Source of the DNA: an uncultured Acidobacteriaceae bacterium
GTDB lineage: Bacteria > Acidobacteriota > Terriglobia > Terriglobales > Acidobacteriaceae
Direction of reading: 5' to 3'
Assembly: GCA_963696575.1 (NCBI GenBank)
Contig: CAVOKT010000004.1
Location: forward strand, 399,434 to 463,433
Length of the DNA: 64,000 bases
Position 1 is the first letter of the stretch; every line of letters begins with the position of its first letter. This document shows, in pieces, positions 1 through 13,903 of the stretch. The notes under the pieces are model-generated. The model saw nothing but the letters and a program-made list of their open reading frames with translations, was not told the origin of the DNA and did no database searches. The translations under genes and the position numbers were made by a program.

Positions 1-251
1 TGAGTCTTGAAGATTGCCAGACGGGCATCGCGCAAGCGCTGCTCGTAATCCTGGGTCTTGGCTTCGGCAGCCGCAATGTCGGCACGCGCCTTCAGAACGG
101 CCCCTTCCGTGCGCTCGCGCCGCTGCTCCAAAACCCGCTTGAGGGGCTTGCCGACCAGCGAGGTATAGAGCCAATACAGCGACAGGAGCAGCACCACCGT
201 CGGGACGGCCCCGAGCAGTAGTTCGCCTACCTGTTTGAGTAGTGGGTCCAT
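1..251 (-). CDS. ATP synthase F0 subunit b-like protein, N-terminal part (gene runs off the window start)
   Basis: My own translation of the minus strand from the ATG at 251..249 gives MDPLLKQVGELLLGAVPTVVLLLSLYWLYTSLVGKPLKRVLEQRRERTEGAVLKARADIAAAEAKTQDYEQRLRDARLAIFKT. That is one N-terminal TM helix followed by an Ala/Arg/Glu-rich helix, as in subunit b. It is absent from the ORF track because it is open at the window edge. No atpE/atpB lies upstream. Confidence 0.5.
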   Translation of the reverse strand, partial: MDPLLKQVGELLLGAVPTVVLLLSLYWLYTSLVGKPLKRVLEQRRERTEGAVLKARADIAAAEAKTQDYEQRLRDARLAIFKT

Positions 252-1003
252 GTTCTGGTTCTTGATTTCCTGCGGCTGAAGACGTACAGGAGGCGCCAGG
301 AAAACTCTGGAACTATCGAACTTAACAGACGCTCTACAGCAGTGTCAATGCAGGGTTTCACGGTCGCTGAGTACATTTCTGAAATTACGTAATTTCGTTG
401 CCAGCAGCTTAGAATTTTGCCCTCTCGCGCGAGAATTTCGATCCCAATTTGGGACAGGCGGCATATCAATTCGCGTCGGTCACAAACTCCGGTGATCGTC
501 CCTCGCCTCATGGATCACAAGTCTGAGCGTCGATCACCCATTCGCGTTGAGCTCCGGTCGCCTTCTCGCTGGCCCTCATTTCGAACATTCTCGCGCGCGC
601 GGCTGATCCGGTTTCCCGGATCCACTCTTCGACAAGCCCGTATCCCTGTCTGAACCCCACGCAGACCTGGTAGCTGACCATCCAGAATTGACGAAAGGCC
701 TTCCGTGCGCTCGGATGTCGCGTGTTTTCAGCGATTTGTAATTTGTCCACAGCCCACGCAACTGTAAGAAAAATCAGCAAGTTATCGATAATAGTCCTTG
801 ACATTTCCACAGCCGGAGTTACGATTAAGTATCACCTTCGATCCATTTCAGGATCGAATGGGCCCGGAGCCAAGGACTCGTCACCGCTCTTTGGCATCGG
901 GCCCATTTTATTTTGGGTCACTTTTTTGAAGCAGCGCCTACCGCCCTGGTCGAGCTGGTGTGAGTAGAATAAGAAGCGTCTTACGTTCCTACGCTCTCCC
1001 TGC

Positions 1004-1927
1004 ATGCGATCAAAAATTCTTTTTGTGCTGGGGCTGTTGTTTTGTCTGACGCCTTGGGCTTCACCACCTCTCGCCCTGGTCGCCGGATTGGTCTTCGGAG
1101 CAATCGCCAGCCATCCCTATCCGGGCGAATCGCGAAAGATCTCAAAGTACCTGTTGCAGGCTGCGGTCGTGGGTCTCGGCTTCGGGATGAATCTGCATCA
1201 GGTGCTGCGGGCGGGACGAAGCGGTTTTCTTTACACGGCAGTGGGGATTGCCTTTGCCCTGATCGTTGGTACCGCGATTGGCAAATTGGTGGCGGTGCAG
1301 CCCCGGGCTTCCTTCCTTATCTCAGCCGGTACAGCGATATGCGGCGGCAGTGCGATTGCCGCGATCGGCCCAGTTGTGGGAGCGACCGAGGACGAAATGT
1401 CGGTTTCGCTGGGCACGATTTTCATGCTGAACTCGGTCGCCCTGCTGACCTTCCCCGCGATCGGAGCGGCGCTGAAGCTCTCCCAAACGCAGTTTGGACT
1501 ATGGGCCGCACTGGCGATTCATGACACCAGTTCAGTAGTGGGCGCCTGCGCGAAATACGGGCTCTCGGCCCTGGCCGTTGGAACCACCGTAAAGTTGGCG
1601 CGAGCTCTCTGGATTGTTCCCCTGACAGTTGCAACCGCCGTGAGAACTGGCAGCAAGACGCGCATCCAGTGGCCGTGGTTCATTCTGTTTTTCTGCCTGG
1701 CGGCGATGGCCAACACCTATCTGTTGGCGGGATTGCCCGTCTATCACTTACTAAGCAGCTTGGGAAAACTGATGCTGATCTTCACTCTGTTTCTGATCGG
1801 CGCGACGTTGTCTCCAGCGGCGCTGCGCAAGGTTGGACCGCGGCCGCTGATTCAAGGAGTCCTGCTGTGGATCGTGGTGGCCGTTGCGAGCCTGCTGGCG
1901 ATTCGGGCAGGATGGATCAGCATCTGA
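1004..1927 (+). CDS. YeiH/UPF0324 family membrane protein (putative sulfate exporter family transporter)
   Basis: 307-aa polytopic membrane ORF. Blocks SAGTAICGGSAIAAIGPV and LAIHDTSSVVGA are typical of the YeiH/UPF0324 family. Confidence 0.8.
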   Translation: MRSKILFVLGLLFCLTPWASPPLALVAGLVFGAIASHPYPGESRKISKYLLQAAVVGLGFGMNLHQVLRAGRSGFLYTAVGIAFALIVGTAIGKLVAVQPRASFLISAGTAICGGSAIAAIGPVVGATEDEMSVSLGTIFMLNSVALLTFPAIGAALKLSQTQFGLWAALAIHDTSSVVGACAKYGLSALAVGTTVKLARALWIVPLTVATAVRTGSKTRIQWPWFILFFCLAAMANTYLLAGLPVYHLLSSLGKLMLIFTLFLIGATLSPAALRKVGPRPLIQGVLLWIVVAVASLLAIRAGWISI

Positions 1928-1946
1928 AATCAACCGAGAATATTTC

Positions 1947-3447
1947 TTGAACCTCCGAAAACTAGCACAAGCCATTCCAGTCATCGTATTCCTGACGCTC
2001 TCGCTCACTCTAGCTGGCGCGCAAACCACAGTTCCTCAGCAAACGGAACAGCCGCCTGCGCGCAAGGCAGTACATTCGCATCGGCCCGTCGTCCGCGACG
2101 AGCAGTCCACGACGCCAGCGCTGTGCGCGAGTTGTGTGCAAAGTAATTTGAGCTATCTGGCGGGACCGACGCTCCACGGGCGCGGCAGCGGCACAGAAGA
2201 CGAGCACCACGCGGCCCAGTTCATCGCCGAGCAAGCTGAAACTCTATGGACTGACTCCTGCGGCGGAGGATGGGGAGTTCATCCAGACGGCGACGTTGCG
2301 CTCGCGCGAGGTCGTCGGAAATCCCACACTCACGGTCGAGTTGCCGGGGGACAGCAACGCTAAGCCCCTCGTCCTTACGCACGGGAAACAAATCGTGATC
2401 GCGGGCCTGTCGCAACCGGAAGTCACGGCGCCACTGCAAAAATTTGACCTGAACGACGAGAAAACGTCAGCGACTGACGTCACGAGCGGCGCTGCCGTGC
2501 TCATCAAGCTCAAGCCCGGAACCACAATGGAGGACTCGCGTGCCATCCTCGCGCCCTATCGAAACGGTAAGGCCACGATGGTGATCGTGGCGTCATCGCC
2601 TGGTTCGCAGAAGATGTTCGACGCACTGTCGAAGAACCCGCCGAGTATGCCGGAACAGATCGGAGAACAGCCTCTACCGGCTCGCGCAGCACTGGTAATG
2701 GCCAAGCAGGAGACATTCGATCAGCTATGGGCCGAACCCGCGGGAACGACAGTAAAGCTGCAGGCGCAAATCACGCCGTGGAAAGCCACACACACCTGGA
2801 ACGTGCTGGGCAAAATTGAGGGCAGCGAGAAGGAGCAAATCATCCTGTTGAGCGCACACCTCGATCACCTCGGCATCGAAGGCGGTAAGACCTATCCCGG
2901 CGCCGACGATGATGCCTCGGGCACAACCGCGGTGATGGAATTTGCGCGCGTGCTGGCCAAAGAACCAAAGCCGAAGCGGACGATCATTGTCGCGCTGTGG
3001 GGCAGTGAAGAAAAAGGGCTGGTAGGCGCTCGCTACTTCCTCCAGAAGCCGACATTTCCGCTCAAGGACATCGTTGCCAACCTGGAGTTCGAAATGATCG
3101 GGCGTCCCGACCCGAAGGTGAAACCCGATGAACTCTGGCTTACAGGATGGGACCGCACCAATCTCGGACCCGAACTGGCGCAGCACGGCGCGAAGCTGGT
3201 GGGCGATCCGCATCCCGCGGAGAGGTTCTTTACCCGTTCGGACAACTATGCGTTGGCGAAGCAAGGCATCGTCGCGCAAACGGTATCAAGCTTCGGACTT
3301 CATGCCGATCTCCACCAGCCCACCGACACCGTGGACAAAATCGACTTTCAGCACATGGACCGGGCCATCGCATCGATGATCGGACCGGTGACCTGGCTGG
3401 CGAATAGCGATTTCAAGCCCGAGTGGGTGGAGGGAAAGAAGCCATAG
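1947..3447 (+). pseudogene. M28 family metallopeptidase (aminopeptidase), reading frame broken near 2225-2235
   Basis: One frame holds a signal peptide (M)NLRKLAQAIPVIVFLTLSLTLAGA (TTG 1947, start uncertain) and HGRGSGTEDEHHAAQFIA. The protein continues as KLKLYGLTP...SAHLDHLG...GADDDASGTTAVMEFARVL...WGSEEKGLVGARYF in ORF 2296..3447. Confidence 0.8.
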
Positions 3448-4177
3448 GTGGCATGAACGCATGAAAACTCTGATTGTCCGGTGTCCGCGATTCCTGGCTT
3501 TCGTCTTGCTCGTCGTGGCGCTGCACGCGATCGCAGCGGCACAGGAAGTTGCGCTGACGTTCGACGATCTGCCAGCGCATGGCCCACTGCCGCCGGGCGT
3601 GACGCGAGTTGACGTGGCAAAGAGCATCATCGCAACGCTGCAGGCGGCGAATGCGCCGCAGGTCTACGGTTTCATCAACGCAGCGAAGCTAGAGCAAGTC
3701 CCGCAGGACCGGAACGTCCTGCAGGAATGGCGCGCAGCCAGCCTTTTGCTGGGCAACCATACCTGGTCGCACATGAGCCTCACGGACAACTCGGTTGAGG
3801 CTTTTGAGAAAGATATCGCCGCCAATGAGCCGGCCCTGCGCTCTCTGATGGGCAAGGAAGACTGGCACTGGTTCCGCTACCCGTACTTGTGGGAGGGTGA
3901 AACGCTCGACAAACGAAATGCCGTGCGCGCCTACCTGAAAGACCACGGATATCGCGTGGCGCAGGTGACGCTCGACTTTGAGGACTATGCGTGGAACGCG
4001 CCGTACGCTCGATGCGTGGCGAAGAACGACCAGAAGTCGATCGAGTGGCTCAAGTCGAGTTATCTCAACACGGCGCAGCAATACATCGAGCTCGACCAGC
4101 AAATGTCGCAGATGCTCTTCGGGCGCGACATCAAGCACGTCATGCTGTTGCACCTGGGCGGATTCGACGCTGTGATG

Positions 4178-6352
<2,175 letters not shown>

Positions 6353-6361
6353 GGTTCGGCG

Positions 6362-6796
6362 TCAGTTGGTCTTCTTCTGGCCCCGGATGATGCGCTCATC
6401 GATGGGCTTGCGTCCGGCAAAGCCCTCGCTGGTGCTGTGCCAGTGGCCGATTCCCTGCTCGCCGAGTTTCCAGCACAGCAGGATGACTTCGTCGCCAACG
6501 ACGCAGGGAAAGTCCAGCAGACCAATGTCCAGGTCTTTGACCTGCACTCCGGCGGCGTCGATCTCGGCGACGGCGTCTTTGGCGCGTTGGATTGCCTTCT
6601 CGCGCTCGTCCTTGCGGCCTTTAACAGCGACGATGTTGACGAACGTGCCGCCGTTCAGGAAAATCCGGCTCTTGAGGGACTCGAGTTCAGCATCCACTTC
6701 CTCGATCAGCGCCTTCGCTTGCATGGCAGAGCGCAACAACGACTCGAGCACAGGGAGCAGGGTCTCAGCTTCCGAAAGTGTAAAAGTGCGTGACAT
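6362..6796 (-). CDS. DUF2203 domain protein
   Basis: From the ATG at 6796: MSRTFTLSEAETLLPVLESLL...GVQVKDLDIGLLDFPCVVGDEVILLCWKLGEQGIGHWHSTSEGFAGRKPI, which is the DUF2203 pattern. The longer track ORF (to 6949) has an Arg-rich, non-coding-looking N-terminus. Confidence 0.6.
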   Translation of the reverse strand: MSRTFTLSEAETLLPVLESLLRSAMQAKALIEEVDAELESLKSRIFLNGGTFVNIVAVKGRKDEREKAIQRAKDAVAEIDAAGVQVKDLDIGLLDFPCVVGDEVILLCWKLGEQGIGHWHSTSEGFAGRKPIDERIIRGQKKTN

Positions 6797-6945
6797 ATCG
6801 ATGGCTACCTGACCCGTTTCTGCCTGGTTAGGGCCCTGGTGGCGGTTCATCATGCGGCGGCGGTATTCCCGCAGATCGGACCAATAGCGCGGAACGCGCC
6901 GCTGATATTTTTCCCGGGGACGCCTGCGTTGGCGAGTACGAATAA

Positions 6946-8065
6946 TCACTGTATCTCTAGCATTCTATCAAGCGCCACGCGCGCCCAAGTTTTTACATCG
7001 TCCTTCACCCTGATCGGATTGACCACGTTCCCCTCCACCAGGTTTTCCAACGCCCAGCACAAGTGCTGCGGCGAGATGCGAAACATAGTAGTACAAAGAC
7101 AGCCGGAATCGTCGAGTGTAATGACGTGCTTATCCGGGTTCTCCCTGGCCAGCCGGTTGATCAAGTGGATTTCGGTACCGATGGCGAACGCGCTCCCCGC
7201 TGGCGCTTGCTGGACACGCCGGATGATGTGATCGGTCGAGCCAATATCGTCGGCTTTTTGGCAAACCTCCCAGCGGCATTCGGGATGCACAATGACCTGC
7301 ATGCCAGGGTAGGTTGCGCGGACCTTATCAACGTGCTCGGGGAGAAACCGCTGATGCACCGAGCAGTGGCCCTTCCACAGAATCACCTTCGCGCTTGCGC
7401 AGACGATCGGCCGTGAGGCCTCCCTGAAGCAGGTATGGGTCCCACACCACCATTTCGTCAAGCGGGATGCCGCGGGCGAATCCGGTATTGCGGCCCAAGT
7501 GCTGGTCGGGCAGGAAGAAGATCTTCTCATTACGGCGGAAGGCCCAATCGAACGCAGCCTTGGCGTTCGATGAGGTGCACACCATGCCTCCACGCTCGCC
7601 GCAGAAGGCTTTGATGGCGGCGGTGGAGTTCATATAGGTAATTGGAGTAATGCCGCGGCCTTCGTCATCGGTAAGTCCCAGATTGACGAACTGCTCCCAG
7701 GCGTCCTCAACTTGCCCGATCTCGGCCATATCGGCCATCGAGCAACCGGCATTGAGGTCGGGGAGCACGACTGACTGTCCGGCATGGGCCAGAATGTCGG
7801 CGCTTTCCGCCATGAAGTGCACGCCGCAGAAGACGATGTAGCGTCCCTCAGCTTCTGCCGCAATCTGAGAAAGCCGGTAAGAATCGCCGCGATAGTCGGC
7901 AAAACGCACGACCTCATCGCGCTGATAATGATGTCCTAGAACCACGCATTCACGACCCAGCGAGTTCTTCGCGGCTCGAATCCGGGCATCCATGGAATGA
8001 TCGGGGAGCACGAGATAGTTTTCGAGCGAGCAGGATGTTGCTTCAGTAATCGGTGCAGTTGCCAC
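6946..8065 (-). pseudogene. nadA: Quinolinate synthase NadA, one frame break near 7385-7395
   Basis: ORF 7328..8065 carries HYQRDEVVRFADYRGDSYRLS, VFCGVHFMAESADIL and NAGCSMADMA. ORF 6946..7593 carries KVILWKGHCSVHQRF, VIVHPECRWEV and GTEIHLINRL. Together these are the two halves of NadA. GTG start at 8065. The junction reads LRK|AKVILW. Confidence 0.9.
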
Positions 8066-8094
8066 GTTAATGTCTCTGCCTTCAGCCCCGGCAG

Positions 8095-8215
8095 CGAAGC
8101 TTTTCTGGGAAGAAAAACTGCGCCCCGGAACGGGGATGTTGAAAGCTGTCCTGCTGCTCCAGTAGATCCACTACCCGCCGAAGCGGGCCCGATCTACGGG
8201 GATGTTGAAGCTGCA
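8095..8215 (-). promoter_or_regulatory. NAD+ class I riboswitch (nadA motif), two tandem domains
   Basis: The minus-strand leader has two domains. Domain 1 is GCUUC-AACAUCCCC-GUAGAUC...GAUCUAC-U-GGAGC. Domain 2 is AGCUUU-CAACAUCCCC-...-AAAGCU. Each is a bulged stem with the ACAUCCCC bulge. The RNA ends ~30 nt before the nadA GTG. Confidence 0.75.
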
Positions 8216-8395
8216 AGATGACGCTTCTGTACTGTTTAATGGATGCTCCAGTTACGGCATTTGTTACAAAAATGAGAACCGCGTCACTCTGACGCGGCCA
8301 AATACCTCAACCCACGCTGCAACCAGGCACCACCTGCTATTTTCACGCTCCTGACAAGATTGTGCAAGTGGGCGGGTTTGCCTGGCGCATGCTCC

Positions 8396-8415
8396 GTATC
8401 TACATATGTAGATAC
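8396..8415. promoter_or_regulatory. Perfect 20-bp palindrome GTATCTACATATGTAGATAC, candidate MazE/MazEF operator overlapping a promoter
   Basis: The palindrome is seen directly, 30 nt upstream of the mazE ATG. A possible -35 TTGCCT, 17-nt spacer and TACATA (-10) lie within or adjacent to it. Confidence 0.5.
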
Positions 8416-8445
8416 AGCTATGTTATGCTACCGGAGGAGGAAATC

Positions 8446-8691
8446 ATGCGAGCGCGCAAGATAGTGAGGTGGGGTAACAGTATGGCGGTGCGTCTGCCTA
8501 AAGTGGTTCTCGCTGATGTTGGCCTGAAAGAAGGGGATTTGCTGGTCTTCAGCGCGAAAAACGGAGCCGTGGTGGCAAAACCTGTCCGCAAGAAGAAACC
8601 GTTTCTGAAGGATTTGCTTGCGAAGGTTACGGCGCAAAACGTGCACGAAGAAACTGACTGGGGCGCGGCGAGAGGTCGGGAAACCTGGTGA
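8446..8691 (+). CDS. mazE: Type II antitoxin, MazE / AbrB-SpoVT family
   Basis: MRARKIVRWGNSMAVRLPKVVLADVGLKEGDLLVF is an AbrB-type swapped-hairpin motif. A GGAGGAGG RBS precedes the ATG at 8446. Its stop overlaps the mazF GTG (GTGA). Confidence 0.85.
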   Translation: MRARKIVRWGNSMAVRLPKVVLADVGLKEGDLLVFSAKNGAVVAKPVRKKKPFLKDLLAKVTAQNVHEETDWGAARGRETW

Positions 8692-9035
8692 AACGCGGAT
8701 ACGTCCCTTCCCCCGGCGACCTGGTTTGGGTGTCATTCGATCCGCAGTCTGGACACGAGCAGGCTGGTCGTCGTCCAGCCCTGGTGCTTAGTCCGCGCGA
8801 TTACAACGATAAGGTCGGTCTCGCCTTAGCTTGTCCCGTCACTTCGAAGGTGAAGGGATATCCCTTCGAGGTCGAAACGAATTCGACTCGTGTTCGCGGA
8901 GTCGTATTGGCCGATCAGATAAGAAGCCTCGATTGGCGGTCCCGGCAATTCACGTTTATCGAACAAGCGGCCCCAGGAACGCTGGACGCAGTAGTACAAA
9001 CACTGTTGACACTATTGCCAGTCGTCGAAGACTAA
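8688..9035 (+). CDS. mazF: Type II toxin, MazF/PemK family endoribonuclease
   Basis: GDLVWVSFDPQSGHEQAGRRPALVLSP...CPVTSKVKGYPFEV...VLADQIRSLDW is the PemK/MazF signature. Confidence 0.9.
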   Translation: MKRGYVPSPGDLVWVSFDPQSGHEQAGRRPALVLSPRDYNDKVGLALACPVTSKVKGYPFEVETNSTRVRGVVLADQIRSLDWRSRQFTFIEQAAPGTLDAVVQTLLTLLPVVED

Positions 9036-9045
9036 TGACGAACCG

Positions 9046-10274
<1,229 letters not shown>

Positions 10275-10342
10275 TTAGGCCGCAGAGGTCGGAAACAGTA
10301 CTCCTGATTATAGATGCATCTGGGGTGTTGAGCAGCGCACAG

Positions 10343-10380
10343 AAAAAAAGCGCGTCCCGAATAATAGCCAGGACGCGCTT
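10343..10380 (-). terminator. Intrinsic terminator downstream of the TonB-dependent receptor gene
   Basis: Minus strand reads AAGCGCGTCC-(13-nt loop)-GGACGCGCTT followed by TTTTTTT. Confidence 0.7.
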
Positions 10381-10398
10381 ACGAAGGCCCGCGATTTG

Positions 10399-13300
10399 CT
10401 AGAAGATAAACTTGGCTCCTATCTGAATGTTTCGCGTGGAATACGCGAAGTTGCTGTTGGCGCTCGTAACAGTACCGATGAGCGGTTTACTGTTTGTAGC
10501 TGGAGCATTGAATACCAGAGTGCTCCCAGTAATTGTGTAGCCGCTGTTTACGACACCGGTCACGTTGACGTGGTTCGCCAGATTGAAAGCCTCGCCCAAA
10601 ATCTGGAGCTGGTAGCGCTCCTTAATCGGGATCGACTTCGACACCCGCAGATCGACCACCTGTGTTCGGGGATAGCGATATGTATTTCGCCCCGTCTCCA
10701 GGATGCGAGCTCGCGCCGCCTGAACCGTTGTAGCTACCGCTGGCGAGAGCTCCGGGAGCGTTACCGCTGGTCACCAGTGAGTACGGCAGCCCCGACTGCG
10801 CCTGGTAGATCGGCGCTAGTTCCCAACCGTTGGCCAGGTATCCCGCCCATCCCTTGACCTTCCATGGGGTATCGAAGACCCCACTGATGATGAAGCGCTG
10901 GCGAACGTCGAAGCTGGAGTTGCCATACTCGCACTGCAGGCAGTTTGGGAACAGAAGGTCGTTAGTATCGCTGAACGTCGATTCGTTTTGGCCGTAATCG
11001 AGAGCATGCGACCAGGTGTAGTTGACGTTGAACTGAACACTGTTGCTGAAGCGTTTATTCAGGAGCACAGCAAGGGCGTTATAGTTTGAGTTGACACCGC
11101 TAAAAATGCTCGTCATAGAGCCGTAATTGGTGTTCGGCCGCGTACCGGTGTACAGCGGTGTGGTGATCTTCGAGCCGTTGGCCAGAGGCCCGTTTCCGGT
11201 AGGATCGACGACCGTGTAGGTCACGCTGGAAGCCGGTGTTGGCAGGTTGGTATCGACAAAGTCAGGCAACTCGCGCCCGAGACTTCCCAGGTAATTCAGC
11301 GAGAGCACCACTCCCTTCCCGAAATCGTGCTGAATCGACAAGTCGGTTTCATACACCAACGGGTTTTGGAACCCCCGGTTGAAGAACACCAGGCTGGGTT
11401 TGAGCGAGCCCGTTGGCACCGAGGGAAAGATTTGCGGGAACAGTGCGCCACCCTGGGTGCTGGTGTAGCTGAAGCTCAATTGACCGTTGGGAGAACCCGT
11501 GTTGATGAGGGCGTTGTAGATCGTCGAATTGATGATGCGGCCGTAGTACATGCCAAAGCCGCCGCGCAGTGACGTGTTGCCATCGCCGAAGACGTCATAG
11601 GCGAAACCGAAACGCGGCCCCCAGTTGTTCTTGTCGCTGGGCAATTGGGAGGTTGCGGGAACGGCAGGATTCGCCAACTGGGTAGACGGCATCGTCTCGT
11701 ATTCGTAGCGCAATCCGAGCGTCAGGGTAAGACGGGGGGTTGTCTTCCAGGTGTCCTCCGCGAAGAACCCCAGATCGGTGGTTGACAACTGCAAGCCGAG
11801 AGGTCCGAACGCCTGCGTGAAGTTGCTGTAGCAGGGAACGTGCTTTCCACTCGATACGCAGGTGTTTGTCCCGTAGAGATCGGAGAAGTAATCCACCAGG
11901 CTGTTATAGGTATACGACCCGTATTGGTTGCGGAGGTTCTGCGTTTTGTCTGTCGTGTAATTGATGTCGGTGCCGAACTTGAAGGAATGCCTCCCTTTGA
12001 TCCATGTGACCGTGTCGGCATACTGCTGGACGTATTCATTGGGATACTGAGGCCGCTCCAGAAAATTCGGGGTTCCAAAGTTGAAAGCGACCGAAGTGCT
12101 GGCCAGTTGGATGAAGGGCGGCAACCCCAAAGGATTGGTGTATCCCGGAGGATTTACCAACGTGCTCTGCTCGTAGGGCGTGGGAATCTGGTTGTTCTCG
12201 TATTCGTAGTCACGCCCGTACTGGAAACGGAACTCGTTGGAGAGTGTGGAAGTGATGAAAGTATCCAACTTCGCGATGCCCCAGGTGTCTTTCACGTAGT
12301 CGTTGCCGAAGCTGGCAATGCCGTAATTGTTGCTGGCTTGCGTTTGAATGCCCGCAGGCGAAGCCCATCGCATGCGGTTGACCGACATCGAGAGATGGTT
12401 CTTCTCGTTGATGTTCCAGTCGATCTTAGGAAACCAGATGTACTGCTCGCCCGTGCGTGGGACGGTGCCCAGCATGGTGTTGAGGCCATTCAAGCCATTG
12501 AGATAATCCTGGTTGGCCTGCGCAGTGGTTACGCCCAACCGGGCGGCCAAAGTCGCAATCGAAGCGTTGTAGGCTGTGCCGCTGGTCGTGTAAAAAGTCT
12601 GCGCATTGGCGGGAACCGCCGTGCCTGGGAAGTTCCGATAGTACCAGTCGTAAGCGAAGTACCAGAACAGCTTGTCCTTGATGATGGCGCCACCGAGACC
12701 GATTCCGCTGATTCGGCGGATATCCGAAGGCTTGAAGGGCAGGACCGTATACACTCCGGGCGAAGTCTGGGTCGCGAGCGTGGTGAACGGATTCGTCGAG
12801 CCCCAGGCGTTATCGCGATAGAAGAAGTAGGCTTCGCCGTGGATGTCGTTGGTGCCGCTCTTCGTCACCGTATTGATGACGCCTCCGGCAGCGCGCCCAT
12901 ATTCAGCGGAATAGTTCGAGGTGTTGACCTGGAACTCCTGCACCGCAACTTTGGGAGTCGAGTACCCGGCGCGGGTACGGCCGCGTTCCTCGGAGAAGAA
13001 GGCCTGATTGTTGTTCGCTCCGTCGATCGTGTTGTTGTTCATCAGGGTGCTGATGCCACGCACGCTGAGCAGGCCAAATCCACTTACGTCGTTGTTTACG
13101 CCCGGGGTTAGGAGAGCGAAATCCGACCAGCGTCCGCCGTTAATGGGGAGGTTTTCGATGGCGATTGAGTTAAGCACCGGGGCGAAGTCGGGCGACGTAG
13201 TGTTCACTGTGGGCGCCTCGGCCGAGACTTCCACCTTCTCCGTACTGCCGCTGATTCCCAGTCGCGGCGTGATCTCCGTCACACGACCAACTTCGACGAT

Positions 13301-13639
13301 GACCTGGGGAGCACGATAACCGGCAAAACCCTGAGCGGTGACGCTGACGGCGTACGATGCGGGACTTAGGTTGGTTACGCGGAAGTATCCTGATGAATCG
13401 GTGGTAGCGGTCTGCTCCTGGTTGGTTCCGTTGTTATGGACAGTCACGGTTGCACCGGAGACAGCGGCACCTTGCGGATCGTAAATCGTTCCCGCAATCC
13501 CACCCTCGGTGGTGGACTGGGCGAATGCCGAGATCGAAATCAAGAGGAGGCTGCAGAGCAGGAGAATCGTGATTAGGTAGTTAGGATTGGACGATGACGA
13601 GCGTTTGTACAGAGGGCTGTAGCCGGTCCCCGAACGCAT
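10399..13639 (-). pseudogene. TonB-dependent outer-membrane receptor with N-terminal carboxypeptidase-regulatory-like domain; frame break near 10690-10720
   Basis: Signal peptide, then GTIYDPQGAAVSGATVTV...TDSSGYFRVTNLSPASY (CarboxypepD_reg), a plug (ENLPINGGRWSDFALLTPGV) and a long beta-barrel. The last 86 aa sit in ORF 10399..10659 and end in the OMP-typical ...IGAKFIF. Confidence 0.85.
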
Positions 13640-13828
13640 AATGAATCACTCCTGGTGAGATTAGGCGGTTCTGTACCGCGCAGGGCTAACAATTCTTTTG
13701 ATTGAGAAATAACGCACCCCGACTAGGTACTGTTTAGCCTATCAGCCGACCGGGTGATGATTCATTAAAGAATTATTTATTGCTGTTGAAAAAAATATTG
13801 ATCGGGCGGCTCAAAGAGGCGGACGGTC

Positions 13829-13860
13829 CAAAAAAGCCCCGCCGATTCACGGCGAGGCCC
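13829..13860 (-). terminator. Intrinsic terminator downstream of the ETF-QO gene
   Basis: Minus strand reads GCCTCGCCG-TGAAT-CGGCGGGGC (one mismatch) followed by TTTTTTGG. Confidence 0.65.
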
Positions 13861-13903
13861 TATGGAAAACTGGCGCTTTCGCGCCTAAGGTCGGAAGAAT
13901 CCT

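Noticed and set aside
508-810. The 100-aa minus-strand ORF in the atpF-yeiH gap as a gene.
   Set aside because: It has no recognisable family, atypical low-GC third positions in its first third, and no clear RBS. Coding cannot be supported from sequence alone, so it is left as an open question in the findings.
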